Below, piece after piece: positions 45,273 to 53,054 of a DNA stretch of 53,054 bases (positions are counted from its first letter, which is position 1; each line of letters opens with the position of its first letter). The DNA is from Myxococcota bacterium (GTDB lineage Bacteria; Myxococcota_A; Polyangia; Polyangiales; Sandaracinaceae): the NCBI GenBank assembly GCA_036149055.1, contig JAYZQJ010000217.1, positions 1-53,054 of the forward strand, read 5' to 3'. Under the pieces are notes generated by a model. The model made no database searches. It was given only the letters and a program-made list of their open reading frames with translations, and was not told the DNA's origin. The position numbers were made by a program, and so were the translations under genes.

Positions 45273-46678
45273 GGCGCGGTCAACCTCCGCGCGTCCGTCA
45301 CCGCCGCTCCGTTCACCAGTCCCACCCTCATCAGAGTGCCAGGAGAGACGCCCTCCATCGAGACCCGCAGCTGGACGACGCCCGGCGCGGCGGGGATGCG
45401 CCCCTGCACGCCGTTGTCGTTGCCGGGGCGCTCGGGCCGCACGAGGGCCGCCCGCCAGGGCCAACCGTGCCGGGGCTCGCCGAACCCGATGGCGAGCCGC
45501 CACGCCCCCTCGAGGGGCGGAAACGCGCGCGGCGCGCGATCGGCCAGCTGCGCCTCCCGCCGGCCGCGCCGGAAGCGGGCCCCCGAAGCGGGCGTCACGA
45601 TCGGGGGCTGAGTGAGGGTGTTCTGCGGCACCTGGACCCTCGCCTCCAGCCAGAGCGCGCCGTCCTCGCGCACCAGCCGCGCCTCCTCGAGCCGGGGCGA
45701 GCCGGCGGCCGCCCGCGGCGCCCCCGACGCGTCGAGGGTGATCGCGGGGCGCTCGCAGGGCGCGTCGTCGCCCTCCGCGAAGGTCGCGCAGCGATCGCAG
45801 TTGCAGCCGTCGCAGACCGGGGCGGCGACCGCGTCCCGCAGGCCGTGCTCGCGCCGGAGCCACTGCTCGAGGGTGATCTCGCCGGGGCTGCCCGGTCCGC
45901 TGGCCTGCCAGGCCTCCCGGAAGCGCAGCGCGGCGGCGCGCCCGACGTAGCGGAGGTGCCAGGGCTCGTAGCGATACCCGGTGCGCGGGTCGATGCGCTC
46001 CTCGCCCCCGGGGACGGCGCCGCACGCCCCCCGTCGGTAGTCCGGGTGCAGGGGATAGGGCAGCACGAAGCCGTGCTCGTGCGCGTGGGCCTCGAGCCAG
46101 CGCCCGCCGTCCGAGCAGCCGTAGCCGGGGCGGAACTTGTCGCCCCCGTCGACCCAGGCGCGCGTGAAGAGATCGACCGTCGTCCCGAGCTGATGCTGGC
46201 TGTGCCCGGGGAGCGCGCTGACGGTCGTCGCCTCGCAGAACTCGCCGCGCCGGACCCAGCGGTCGAAGGTCGAGCACTGCACGCGGTAGGCGCGGAACGC
46301 GCTGGTCGCGATCGGGCGGTGGCCAGCCTCTCGCATCGCCGCCGCCATCGCCCGGTAGGCGGCCGCGGCCTCCCGGCGCATGCACTGCTTGCGCGGCGGC
46401 GTGCAGCGATACCACCGCGCCGGCCGGCCGGTCTCGAGGTCCACCAGATCGTCGGGCGCCCAGTCCGGGGGCAGCGCCCCGGCCGGGCTCCGGTTCACCA
46501 GCGCCAGCAGCGCCTCGCCGCCGGCGGCCTCGGTGCGCAGCAGATCCGCCCGGGCGACGAAGTGACCGCGTCCGTCGCTCCGATCGAGCCCGCTGCACAT
46601 CGGCGGCAGCGCCGGCTGAGCGGCCGCGGTCCACACGACCGCCAGCGCGACCGCGCCCGCGGCGGCAGAGGCCCCCAT
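45269..46678 (-). CDS. M15B (VanY-like) D-Ala-D-Ala carboxypeptidase with C-terminal extension
   Basis: Signal peptide, SAFR, PGHSQHQLGTTVD (SxHxxGxxxD) and YEPWHLRYVG (ExxH), followed by CDGCNCDRC and an extra domain. Confidence 0.88.
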   Translation of the reverse strand: MGASAAAGAVALAVVWTAAAQPALPPMCSGLDRSDGRGHFVARADLLRTEAAGGEALLALVNRSPAGALPPDWAPDDLVDLETGRPARWYRCTPPRKQCMRREAAAAYRAMAAAMREAGHRPIATSAFRAYRVQCSTFDRWVRRGEFCEATTVSALPGHSQHQLGTTVDLFTRAWVDGGDKFRPGYGCSDGGRWLEAHAHEHGFVLPYPLHPDYRRGACGAVPGGEERIDPRTGYRYEPWHLRYVGRAAALRFREAWQASGPGSPGEITLEQWLRREHGLRDAVAAPVCDGCNCDRCATFAEGDDAPCERPAITLDASGAPRAAAGSPRLEEARLVREDGALWLEARVQVPQNTLTQPPIVTPASGARFRRGRREAQLADRAPRAFPPLEGAWRLAIGFGEPRHGWPWRAALVRPERPGNDNGVQGRIPAAPGVVQLRVSMEGVSPGTLMRVGLVNGAAVTDARRLTAP

Positions 46679-46748
46679 CCAGCTCGTCCTCTCTCCGGTC
46701 ACCGCGCCGGCGCAGGTTCGGTCAAAGGGTGGGCGGCCGCAAGTCGCA

Positions 46749-46910
46749 CCGCTGATCGACGAGCTGAAGCGCAAGGACCACATCCTCGTCTCGGACCTGA
46801 CGGTCGACGAGGCCGAGTCGGACGCGCTGGTGGAGCTCTGCGCGGCGCGCTTCACGGCCGGGAAGAAGCACATGTCGGCCCTCTGCGACGCCATCGGCGT
46901 GCCGTTCTGA
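46749..46910 (+). pseudogene. Orphan 3' fragment of a DUF2461 (TIGR02453)-like gene
   Basis: Frame reads PLIDELKRKDHILVSDLTVDEAESDALVELCAARFTAGKKHMSALCDAIGVPF*, matching the DUF2461 C-terminal pattern (HPLIEDLKRKDF...LC.A.GVPF). No in-frame ATG/GTG before the divergent gene start at 46678. Confidence 0.62.
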
Positions 46911-46914
46911 GGCG

Positions 46915-47400
46915 TCAGGCTCCGTCCGGGCGGAAGAGCGGGCGCCAGCCCTCCGGGAGCGCGCCTCCCAGGTAGTCGGCCGCCTTCTCCTCGTCGGGGA
47001 GCATGTAGCTCACCGTCGCCGAGCAACCGAGCTTGCCCTCCTGCAGGAGGCGGACGTTCACCGTCACGATCGGATCCTTGCGGCTGGCGATCCGGCCGCG
47101 CGCCTCGATGGGGGCGCCGATGCGGAGCGGTCGCACGTAGCGCACCCGGAGCGAGGTGGTGAAGCCCATGCGGCCGAGCAGCCCGACCAGCGTCCAGCCG
47201 GCGAGCTCGTCCGCGACCGTCGCCTGCAGCCCCCCGTGGAGGACATTCGGCGGCCCCTCCCAGCCCTCCGGCGCGGTGAGGTCGGTGACCACCTCGTCGC
47301 CCTCGCGGCGGAAGCGGAGCCGCATGCCGCGCTCGTTGTGGGGGCCGCAGCCGAAGCAGCGCTGCTCGGCGCCGAAGGTGTAGGGATCGAGCTCGCTCAT
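46915..47400 (-). CDS. PaaI-family hotdog thioesterase
   Basis: CFGCGPHN..G, EG.P.VLHGG...VADE and VRYVRP motifs. Confidence 0.9.
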   Translation of the reverse strand: MSELDPYTFGAEQRCFGCGPHNERGMRLRFRREGDEVVTDLTAPEGWEGPPNVLHGGLQATVADELAGWTLVGLLGRMGFTTSLRVRYVRPLRIGAPIEARGRIASRKDPIVTVNVRLLQEGKLGCSATVSYMLPDEEKAADYLGGALPEGWRPLFRPDGA

Positions 47401-47558
47401 CGGGCGGGGGATACGGCGAGCCGGCGTCGCGTCAAGCCACGGAGCCCACGTTCCGGGACGCCGTCGATCGCCGCGATCGAGGCATTCATGTCGGTTTTTT
47501 GACCTCTGGATCCCCACCCCTCACACCGAAAACAGGCACAACCCGGGGTGTGGGCGAA

Positions 47559-47574
47559 TGGCACCCCCGTTGCT
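47559..47574 (+). promoter_or_regulatory. Consensus sigma54 -24/-12 promoter
   Basis: TGGCAC-CCCCG-TTGCT, followed by a GGGAGG RBS and ATG 47608. Confidence 0.75.
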
Positions 47575-47607
47575 TCGGTTCACAGCGGGTCGGAAGGGAG
47601 GCAGCAA

Positions 47608-47871
47608 ATGATTCCGATCGAGTGGTTGAACGAGCTGATCGAGACGCGTGACGGATTCCGCAGGCTACTGCGCGACGAGGGCCTGACGCGGGCGGCGTAT
47701 CGCCTCGCGCTGGCCAAGTGCATGAGCGGCGAGCGGAGCACTCACGTGCCCACCCGCGGCGAGGTCCGGGCGGCCGCCCGGGAGATCGCCTCGCGCGTCC
47801 CCGGCACGTCGGTCCCGGACACGACGACGCTGGTCCGGGACCTCGAGGCGATCGGCATCTCGGTGCTCTGA
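47608..47871 (+). CDS. Small hypothetical protein (87 aa)
   Basis: RBS GGGAGG, ATG start, and an upstream sigma54 promoter. Confidence 0.72.
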   Translation: MIPIEWLNELIETRDGFRRLLRDEGLTRAAYRLALAKCMSGERSTHVPTRGEVRAAAREIASRVPGTSVPDTTTLVRDLEAIGISVL

Positions 47872-47875
47872 CGGG

Positions 47876-48687
47876 TCACTCCGGCGTGAGGGTCTGCACG
47901 CCGAGCTCCTGCGCCTCGCCGCCGGTCTCGCGGAAGCGCAGCGTTCCGTCGCCTTCGACGCAGTAGTCGAAGGTCCGGGCGCTCCCCGCCGGATCGACGG
48001 TGATCGTGTTGCCCGAGGCGGCGTAGGGCTCGCTGGAGTCGAATGCGCTGTCGAGCACGATCTCGCACACGCACCCGGCCGATCCGTCGGCGGCGCAGGT
48101 GGCCGTCCCGCCCGGGCCGAGCCCCATGTCGATCGTCGCCTCGACGGTGCCGCACATCCCGAACGCGCAGCTCGGAGGGACGTAGACGGTGCCCTCGACG
48201 TGGGTGGTGGCCACCCGGCTCACGTTCGGCCCGCCGTCGTCGAAGAAGACGACGCGCCCGGTGACCGTGCCCATGTGCTCGCGCAGCTCGACCGTGGGGC
48301 AGAAGTCGCGGGCGCGGCCGAGGAGCTCCGCCTCCTCGCTGCAGATGCCCGCGTAGCAGAAGGCGCCCTCGAGCGCGCCGCCGCAGGGGGCGAACGCGGG
48401 GCAGGATTCGAGGATCTGCACCGGGGCCGCGGGGCAGGCCCCGGTCGTCGGGCCGCCGTCCGCGTCGGCCCCGCCGTCGAGCCGGCCGCCGTCCGCCCGG
48501 CCGCCGTCCATTGGGCCTCCGTCCACTGGGCCGCCATCATCTCGCCGCCGTCCACCGAGCCAGCGTCGGCGGTCCCCGCGTCCGCTCGGTCCGGCCCCGC
48601 GTCGGCGTCGGTCGCCTCGTCGCAGCCGACCAGCCCCAGCGCGAACACCGCGATCAGCGACATGAGCGTCGAGTAGAGTGCGCGCAT
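47876..48687 (-). pseudogene. Frameshifted lipoprotein gene (DAG/DGG-repeat linker + Cys-rich domain)
   Basis: The N-part (lipobox LVGC, DAG repeats, ...VDGGEM) and the C-part (DGGPVDGGPMDGG...CPAAP...) are in different frames. Adding one G near 48537-48540 (GAGATGATGGC to GAGATGGATGGC on the minus strand) joins them. Confidence 0.75.
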
Positions 48688-48697
48688 CACGCCTCTC

Positions 48698-49780
48698 TCA
48701 GAGCGGGCAGAGCTCGGGGGCCGCGCAGACCCCGGACTCGCAGCGCCCGCTGTAACACTCCTGCGAGACCTCGCACGCGGCGCCGTTGGCGCGCGGCTGG
48801 ACGCAGGTGTTCTCGGCCTCTCCGGTCACGCAGACCAGGCCGGCCGCGCAGTTGCCCTCGAGGGAGCCGGCGCACGCCTGCCCGTCGCTCGGGAGCGGCG
48901 CGCAGTTGCCGTCGAACATGCCCATGAACGGGTTGGCGTCGCAGTACTGCCCCTGGGGGCACATGCTCGGGAAACCCACGTTGCAGGCCTCGCCCGCGCC
49001 GACCCGCGCGTTGCACTGGAACTCGGCGCCTCCGACGCCCGCGCCGACCACCGCGCAGCTGAGGCCGCTCACGCAGAAGGTTCCGGTCTGGGGATCGCAC
49101 GACTCGCCGAGCGCCGCGGTCTGCACCTCGGCCAGGGGCGTGCACGTGCCGACCGTCTCCTCGTCGCCATCGACGCAGATCTCGCCCAGCGGGCAGGCGA
49201 TCGCGTCCGGCCCGTCGCAGGGCCCTCCGGGGCGGCTCGAGCTGGTCTGGCAGGTGCCGCCCTCACACACGAGCCCGGTCACGCACTCGTCGGTGCCGTC
49301 GCACTCCGCGCCGCTCGCCTTGCGGGCGCTGCACGTGCCCGCGGTGGCCGGGCAGCTCGCGCCGTCGCAGTAGGCGTCGCCCGCGCACTCCTCGGAGAAC
49401 GAGCACGCCGAGCCCGGCTCGAGGGTGCCGACCAGGATGTCGCGGCAGGCCTCGGGGGTCGCGACGTTGAAGAGGTTGCAGCCGTTGGCCTGAGACGCGT
49501 CGAGACACGCGCGGGTCGCGGCGGCGTCGTAGGTGACGGTGCCGCGGTCGATCGCCGCCTGCCAGAGCTGCACCGCGCCGTTCTCGAACGTGGCCGTGAA
49601 GTTGGTGCGACAGCTGCTGCCGCCCAGGCTCCCCGCGAAGTCGCCCGCGCAGGAGTCCACCGCGTCGCAGTAGACGGCGGCGGTCTCGGCCGGCGCCGAC
49701 TCGATCGGCACGCCGCCGGCGTCACACGCCCCGAGGGCGAACACAGAACAGAGCACCGCGAACGCGCGCGTCGAAGTCAT
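48698..49780 (-). CDS. Cys-rich lipoprotein (Dickkopf/EB-like repeats)
   Basis: Lipobox LGAC, G.V.YD..A..AC motif, repeated G..C....C..GL.C units. Confidence 0.85.
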   Translation of the reverse strand: MTSTRAFAVLCSVFALGACDAGGVPIESAPAETAAVYCDAVDSCAGDFAGSLGGSSCRTNFTATFENGAVQLWQAAIDRGTVTYDAAATRACLDASQANGCNLFNVATPEACRDILVGTLEPGSACSFSEECAGDAYCDGASCPATAGTCSARKASGAECDGTDECVTGLVCEGGTCQTSSSRPGGPCDGPDAIACPLGEICVDGDEETVGTCTPLAEVQTAALGESCDPQTGTFCVSGLSCAVVGAGVGGAEFQCNARVGAGEACNVGFPSMCPQGQYCDANPFMGMFDGNCAPLPSDGQACAGSLEGNCAAGLVCVTGEAENTCVQPRANGAACEVSQECYSGRCESGVCAAPELCPL

Positions 49781-49881
49781 GACAAGCCTCCCCGAAGTTC
49801 ATCACCGGTGAGGTGAACGCCCCCCGCCGGTCGTCCCATTGTATGCTCCGGCAGCACGTTTCGATCAATGACCGGGGAGCC

Positions 49882-52800
49882 ATGATCAAGTTCATCGTCG
49901 GCGGGGTCATCGTCGTCCTCTCCTGGGCGCTCGCGATCCTCATCGGGTTTCCACTGTGGATCCCCACGCTGATCACCCTCCTGGTGGGCCTCGTGATCCT
50001 GCTCATGGTGGGGATCGCGAAGCTCAAGGAGCGACGCGCAGCGCGCGAGCTGGAGAAGGCGCTCCAGGCGCAGGCGGCCCAACAGGCGGCCAGCGCGCGG
50101 CCCGATCTCCAGCACGAGATCGCGGAGATGCAGGCCGAGTTCGAGAAGGCCGTCTCGGCGCTGAAGACCAGCAAGAAGGGGGGCAAGAAGGCGCTCTACG
50201 CCCTCCCCTGGTACGCCATCATCGGCCCGCCCGGCTGCGGCAAGAGCACCGCGCTGCGCAACTCGGGCCTGCAGTTCCCCTACCTCAGCGCGTCGGGGGG
50301 TGGCGTCCGCGGCCTCGGCGGCACGCGGAACTGCGACTGGTGGATGACCAGCGAGGCGGTGATCCTCGACACCGCCGGCCGCTGGACGAGCGAGGACGAG
50401 GACCACGACGAGTGGCTCGGCTTCCTCGACCTCATCAAGCGCTTCCGCCCGCAGAAGCCGCTCAACGGCATGATCGCGGCGGTCAGCATCGGCGACGTCG
50501 GGGGCGCGCGCGAGGACGAGGTCGTGCAGCTCGCACGACGGATCCGCGAGCGCATCGACGAGGTGCAGTCGCAGCTCTCGCTGAGCCTCCCGGTCTACGT
50601 GCTCTTCACCAAGTGCGACCTGATCCCCGGCTTCGTCGAGACCTTCGGGGACATGTCGAAGCAGGAACGCGGGCAGGTCTGGGGCTTCACCCGGGCGCTG
50701 ACCAAGGCCAGCGATCCGCCCGGCGAGTACTTCTCGAAGGGCTTCGACGAGCTCGCGTCGGTCCTCGAGCACCGCTCGCTCAAGCGCATGAGCGAGGAGC
50801 GCAAGATCCCGAGCCGCGAGCTCGTCTACGGCTTCCCGCAGCAGCTCTCGGTGATGAAGGCGAACCTCCAGGAGTTCGTGCATCACCTCTTCCTGGAGAA
50901 CGTCTTCAAGGAGACCCCGCTCCTGCGCGGCGTGTACTTCACGAGCGGCACGCAGGAGGGGCGGCCCATCGATCGGGTCATGAGCGCGATGGCGGAGGCC
51001 TTCGGCCAGCCGCAGGTGCAGCTCCCCGCGCCGCAGGTCGAGGCGAAGAGCTACTTCCTGCGCGACATGTTCGCGGAGGTCGTCTTCAAGGACGCCGAGG
51101 TCGCGATGCGGAGCCCCGAGGAGCTCAAGCGACAGCGCACCCGCACGATCCTCGCGGCGGCGGCGATCTTCCTGTTCGCGCTGGGCATCAGCGGGCTGCC
51201 CGCGATCGCGTGGGCGATGAACCGCAGCTACCTGAACGAGACGCGCACCATGATCGACGACGCGCGCCGCGACCTCGCCACCGAGCAACGTCTGCTGCCG
51301 GCGAGCGCGATCGAGCCGCTGCGCGCCCGGGCGATGGAGCTCGAGGAGTTCGAGGAGGACGGCCCGCCGCTGTTCATGCAGATGGGCATGTACCAGGCGG
51401 ACGTGTACGACCCGGTGCGCGAGGTCTACCTGGAGACGCTTCGGGATCGGGCCATCGGTCCGCTCCTGCAGGCCGACGCCCAGGCGATGGACCGCTTCGC
51501 CCGGCGCGTCGAGGCGATGCGCGGGCAAGCGAACCCGGACGCGACCGCGCTCCAGGAGATGTACAACCGCATGAAGCTGCACCTGCTGCTCACCGTGCCG
51601 CGGGGCGAGCATCAGCCGCAGCTCGACGACGAGAACCGCGAGTTCGTCGTCGACCAGCTGGTCGATCGCTGGGTGCAGGCCACCCAGGTGGAGCGGCACG
51701 ACCCGCAGCGGGCGCAGATCGAGCAGAACGTCGAGTACTACGTGGGCGCGCTCTCGAGCCGCGACGAGCTCTACTTCCCGCGGAACGACGGCGCGGTCAT
51801 GGGCGTGCGCGGCGTCTTCAACGCCGTCCCCGGGCCGACGATGGCGGTCGAGGGGATCATCGCCGAGGTCGACGACATGAACTGCGACATCACGGTCGCG
51901 CAGCTCGTCGGTCGCGTCGGATCGCTCGGGGCTCGCGGGCGGGTCCGATGCGCCTTCACCAAGCGCGCGTGGGAGGAGCGGGTCCAGCGCATCATCGAGG
52001 AGGACTTCGCGCGCTTCTTCGGCGAGCACTGGGTGCTCGGGACCGAGCCGCCGGAGGACGAGCACCACGCCGAGCTCGAGCGCGAGCGGCAGACGGCCGA
52101 GCTCAAGAGCTACTTCCTCCAGCGCTACGTCGAGGAGTGGCGCAACTTCATCAACTCCCTCTACGTCGTGAGGCCCAGCGACGACCAGGGCCACATGGCC
52201 GTGCTGCGCGACTTCACCGACGGGCAGCCGCAGCTGATCACCCGGATGATCCGGCAGATCGACTACAACGTGAGCCTCTGGGAGCCCGAGGGCGGGGCCG
52301 GCGGCGAGGCGGCGCGGCGCGCGGAGGAGCTGGGCACCCGGCGCGCGAGCCGGGCCATCGCCGGGCGCGTGGGCCTGACGCAAGGCGAGACCGAGCGGCT
52401 GCTCGGCGAGGCGCGCGACCAGGCGGCCGATCGCCTCGGTGGGCCCGGCGCCCAGATCCCGGGCGCGATGACCGAGGCCGGCGTCCGCCTGCGCTTCGCC
52501 GGCCTGCTCGACTTCGCGCCGGCGACCCCGAACGACGTCCCGCAGGGCCAGACCGCGCAGGTCACGCCCGCCCGCATCTACGAGGAGCAGCTCGAGTTCC
52601 TCCGCGACGCGCTGGGGTTCCGGATGGCCGGGACCAACGTGACCAACTTCGAGGAGCGCCAGCAGGGGGCTCGCGACACCACGCAGCGGCTCCTGAACGA
52701 CGTCGAGCGCGAGTGGCGAGAGCGCCTGCGCACGCTCCTGATGGCGCCGATCGAGGGCCCGGCCTGGGAGCCCCCGGAGCAGCCGGCGACGGCGCCGACC

Positions 52801-52962
52801 GAGGCCGCCCCCGCGCCGCAGCCGACGCCGACCCCGACGCCGACCCCGAGCGAGGCCGAGGCGCCGCAGCCGACGCCCACACCGACGCCCACACCCACTC
52901 CGACCGAGGAGGCGAGACCTCAGCGTCAGCGGCGCCGAGGCGGCGCGTGGTGGGCGAACTGA
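49882..52962 (+). CDS. tssM: Type VI secretion membrane subunit TssM/IcmF-like protein with a Pro/Thr-rich tail
   Basis: Two N-terminal TM, LYALPWY.IIGPPGCGKST (Walker A), GGTRNCDWW, LDTAGR, PLNG, YVLFTKCDL.PGF, LRGVYFTSGTQEG.PIDR and SYFL motifs, then a third TM. Confidence 0.88.
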   Translation: MIKFIVGGVIVVLSWALAILIGFPLWIPTLITLLVGLVILLMVGIAKLKERRAARELEKALQAQAAQQAASARPDLQHEIAEMQAEFEKAVSALKTSKKGGKKALYALPWYAIIGPPGCGKSTALRNSGLQFPYLSASGGGVRGLGGTRNCDWWMTSEAVILDTAGRWTSEDEDHDEWLGFLDLIKRFRPQKPLNGMIAAVSIGDVGGAREDEVVQLARRIRERIDEVQSQLSLSLPVYVLFTKCDLIPGFVETFGDMSKQERGQVWGFTRALTKASDPPGEYFSKGFDELASVLEHRSLKRMSEERKIPSRELVYGFPQQLSVMKANLQEFVHHLFLENVFKETPLLRGVYFTSGTQEGRPIDRVMSAMAEAFGQPQVQLPAPQVEAKSYFLRDMFAEVVFKDAEVAMRSPEELKRQRTRTILAAAAIFLFALGISGLPAIAWAMNRSYLNETRTMIDDARRDLATEQRLLPASAIEPLRARAMELEEFEEDGPPLFMQMGMYQADVYDPVREVYLETLRDRAIGPLLQADAQAMDRFARRVEAMRGQANPDATALQEMYNRMKLHLLLTVPRGEHQPQLDDENREFVVDQLVDRWVQATQVERHDPQRAQIEQNVEYYVGALSSRDELYFPRNDGAVMGVRGVFNAVPGPTMAVEGIIAEVDDMNCDITVAQLVGRVGSLGARGRVRCAFTKRAWEERVQRIIEEDFARFFGEHWVLGTEPPEDEHHAELERERQTAELKSYFLQRYVEEWRNFINSLYVVRPSDDQGHMAVLRDFTDGQPQLITRMIRQIDYNVSLWEPEGGAGGEAARRAEELGTRRASRAIAGRVGLTQGETERLLGEARDQAADRLGGPGAQIPGAMTEAGVRLRFAGLLDFAPATPNDVPQGQTAQVTPARIYEEQLEFLRDALGFRMAGTNVTNFEERQQGARDTTQRLLNDVEREWRERLRTLLMAPIEGPAWEPPEQPATAPTEAAPAPQPTPTPTPTPSEAEAPQPTPTPTPTPTPTEEARPQRQRRRGGAWWAN

Positions 52963-53054
52963 GTTTGTCGGGGGGGGGGTTTTAAAACACCCCCCCCCCC
53001 CGGGGCGGCCGCCGCGCGCAGAGCACACCCCCAGCGCACGCCCCGGGCCCCGCC

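Noticed and set aside
42226..46678. Prophage or integrative element
   Set aside because: No integrase, structural genes, att-like repeats or visible GC shift despite the phage-like domains.
114..53028. Many very long alternative-frame ORFs (e.g. 20573-23980, 42382-45615, 49777-53028, 49956-52985)
   Set aside because: Arg/Ala/Gly/Pro-rich shadow frames overlapping well-supported genes, as expected from stop-codon scarcity at very high GC.
52970..53054. G10-TTTTAAAACA-C12 hairpin as a terminator or mobile-element end
   Set aside because: Homopolymer-rich sequence at the very end of the window, unlike the rest of the DNA. Most likely a low-quality contig end.

Overview
Very GC-rich bacterial chromosome segment. 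The gene content (AgmX/PglI-type TonB protein, TSP3-OmpA protein, several Cys-rich lipoproteins, sigma54-type promoters) points to a myxobacterium, probably Polyangiales/Sandaracinaceae-like (inference). About 48 CDS can be supported. I see no rRNA, tRNA, CRISPR, integrase or transposase. Most long ORFs in the supplied track are GC-driven shadow frames. Highlights: (1) a compact aryl-polyene-like cassette (ACP, ApeP-like dehydratase, ApeR-like KS, ApeD/PlsC-like acyltransferase) headed by two divergent paralogous flavin-dependent halogenase-like genes; (2) a translationally coupled three-gene operon ending in an unusual fusion of a primase-polymerase-like domain, an SD linker, a SHOCT-like motif and a HAD phosphatase, next to an orphan DUF2461-like gene remnant; (3) a Tat-exported cholesterol oxidase close to a steroid 5-alpha-reductase, i.e. 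two consecutive steps of a sterol-to-stanone route; (4) two structured intergenic repeat arrays; (5) a stand-alone copy of the AgmX/PglI-protein N-terminal domain under a sigma54-type promoter; (6) a short TssM with no T6SS neighbours upstream. Family assignments come from motif recognition only; no database searches were run.
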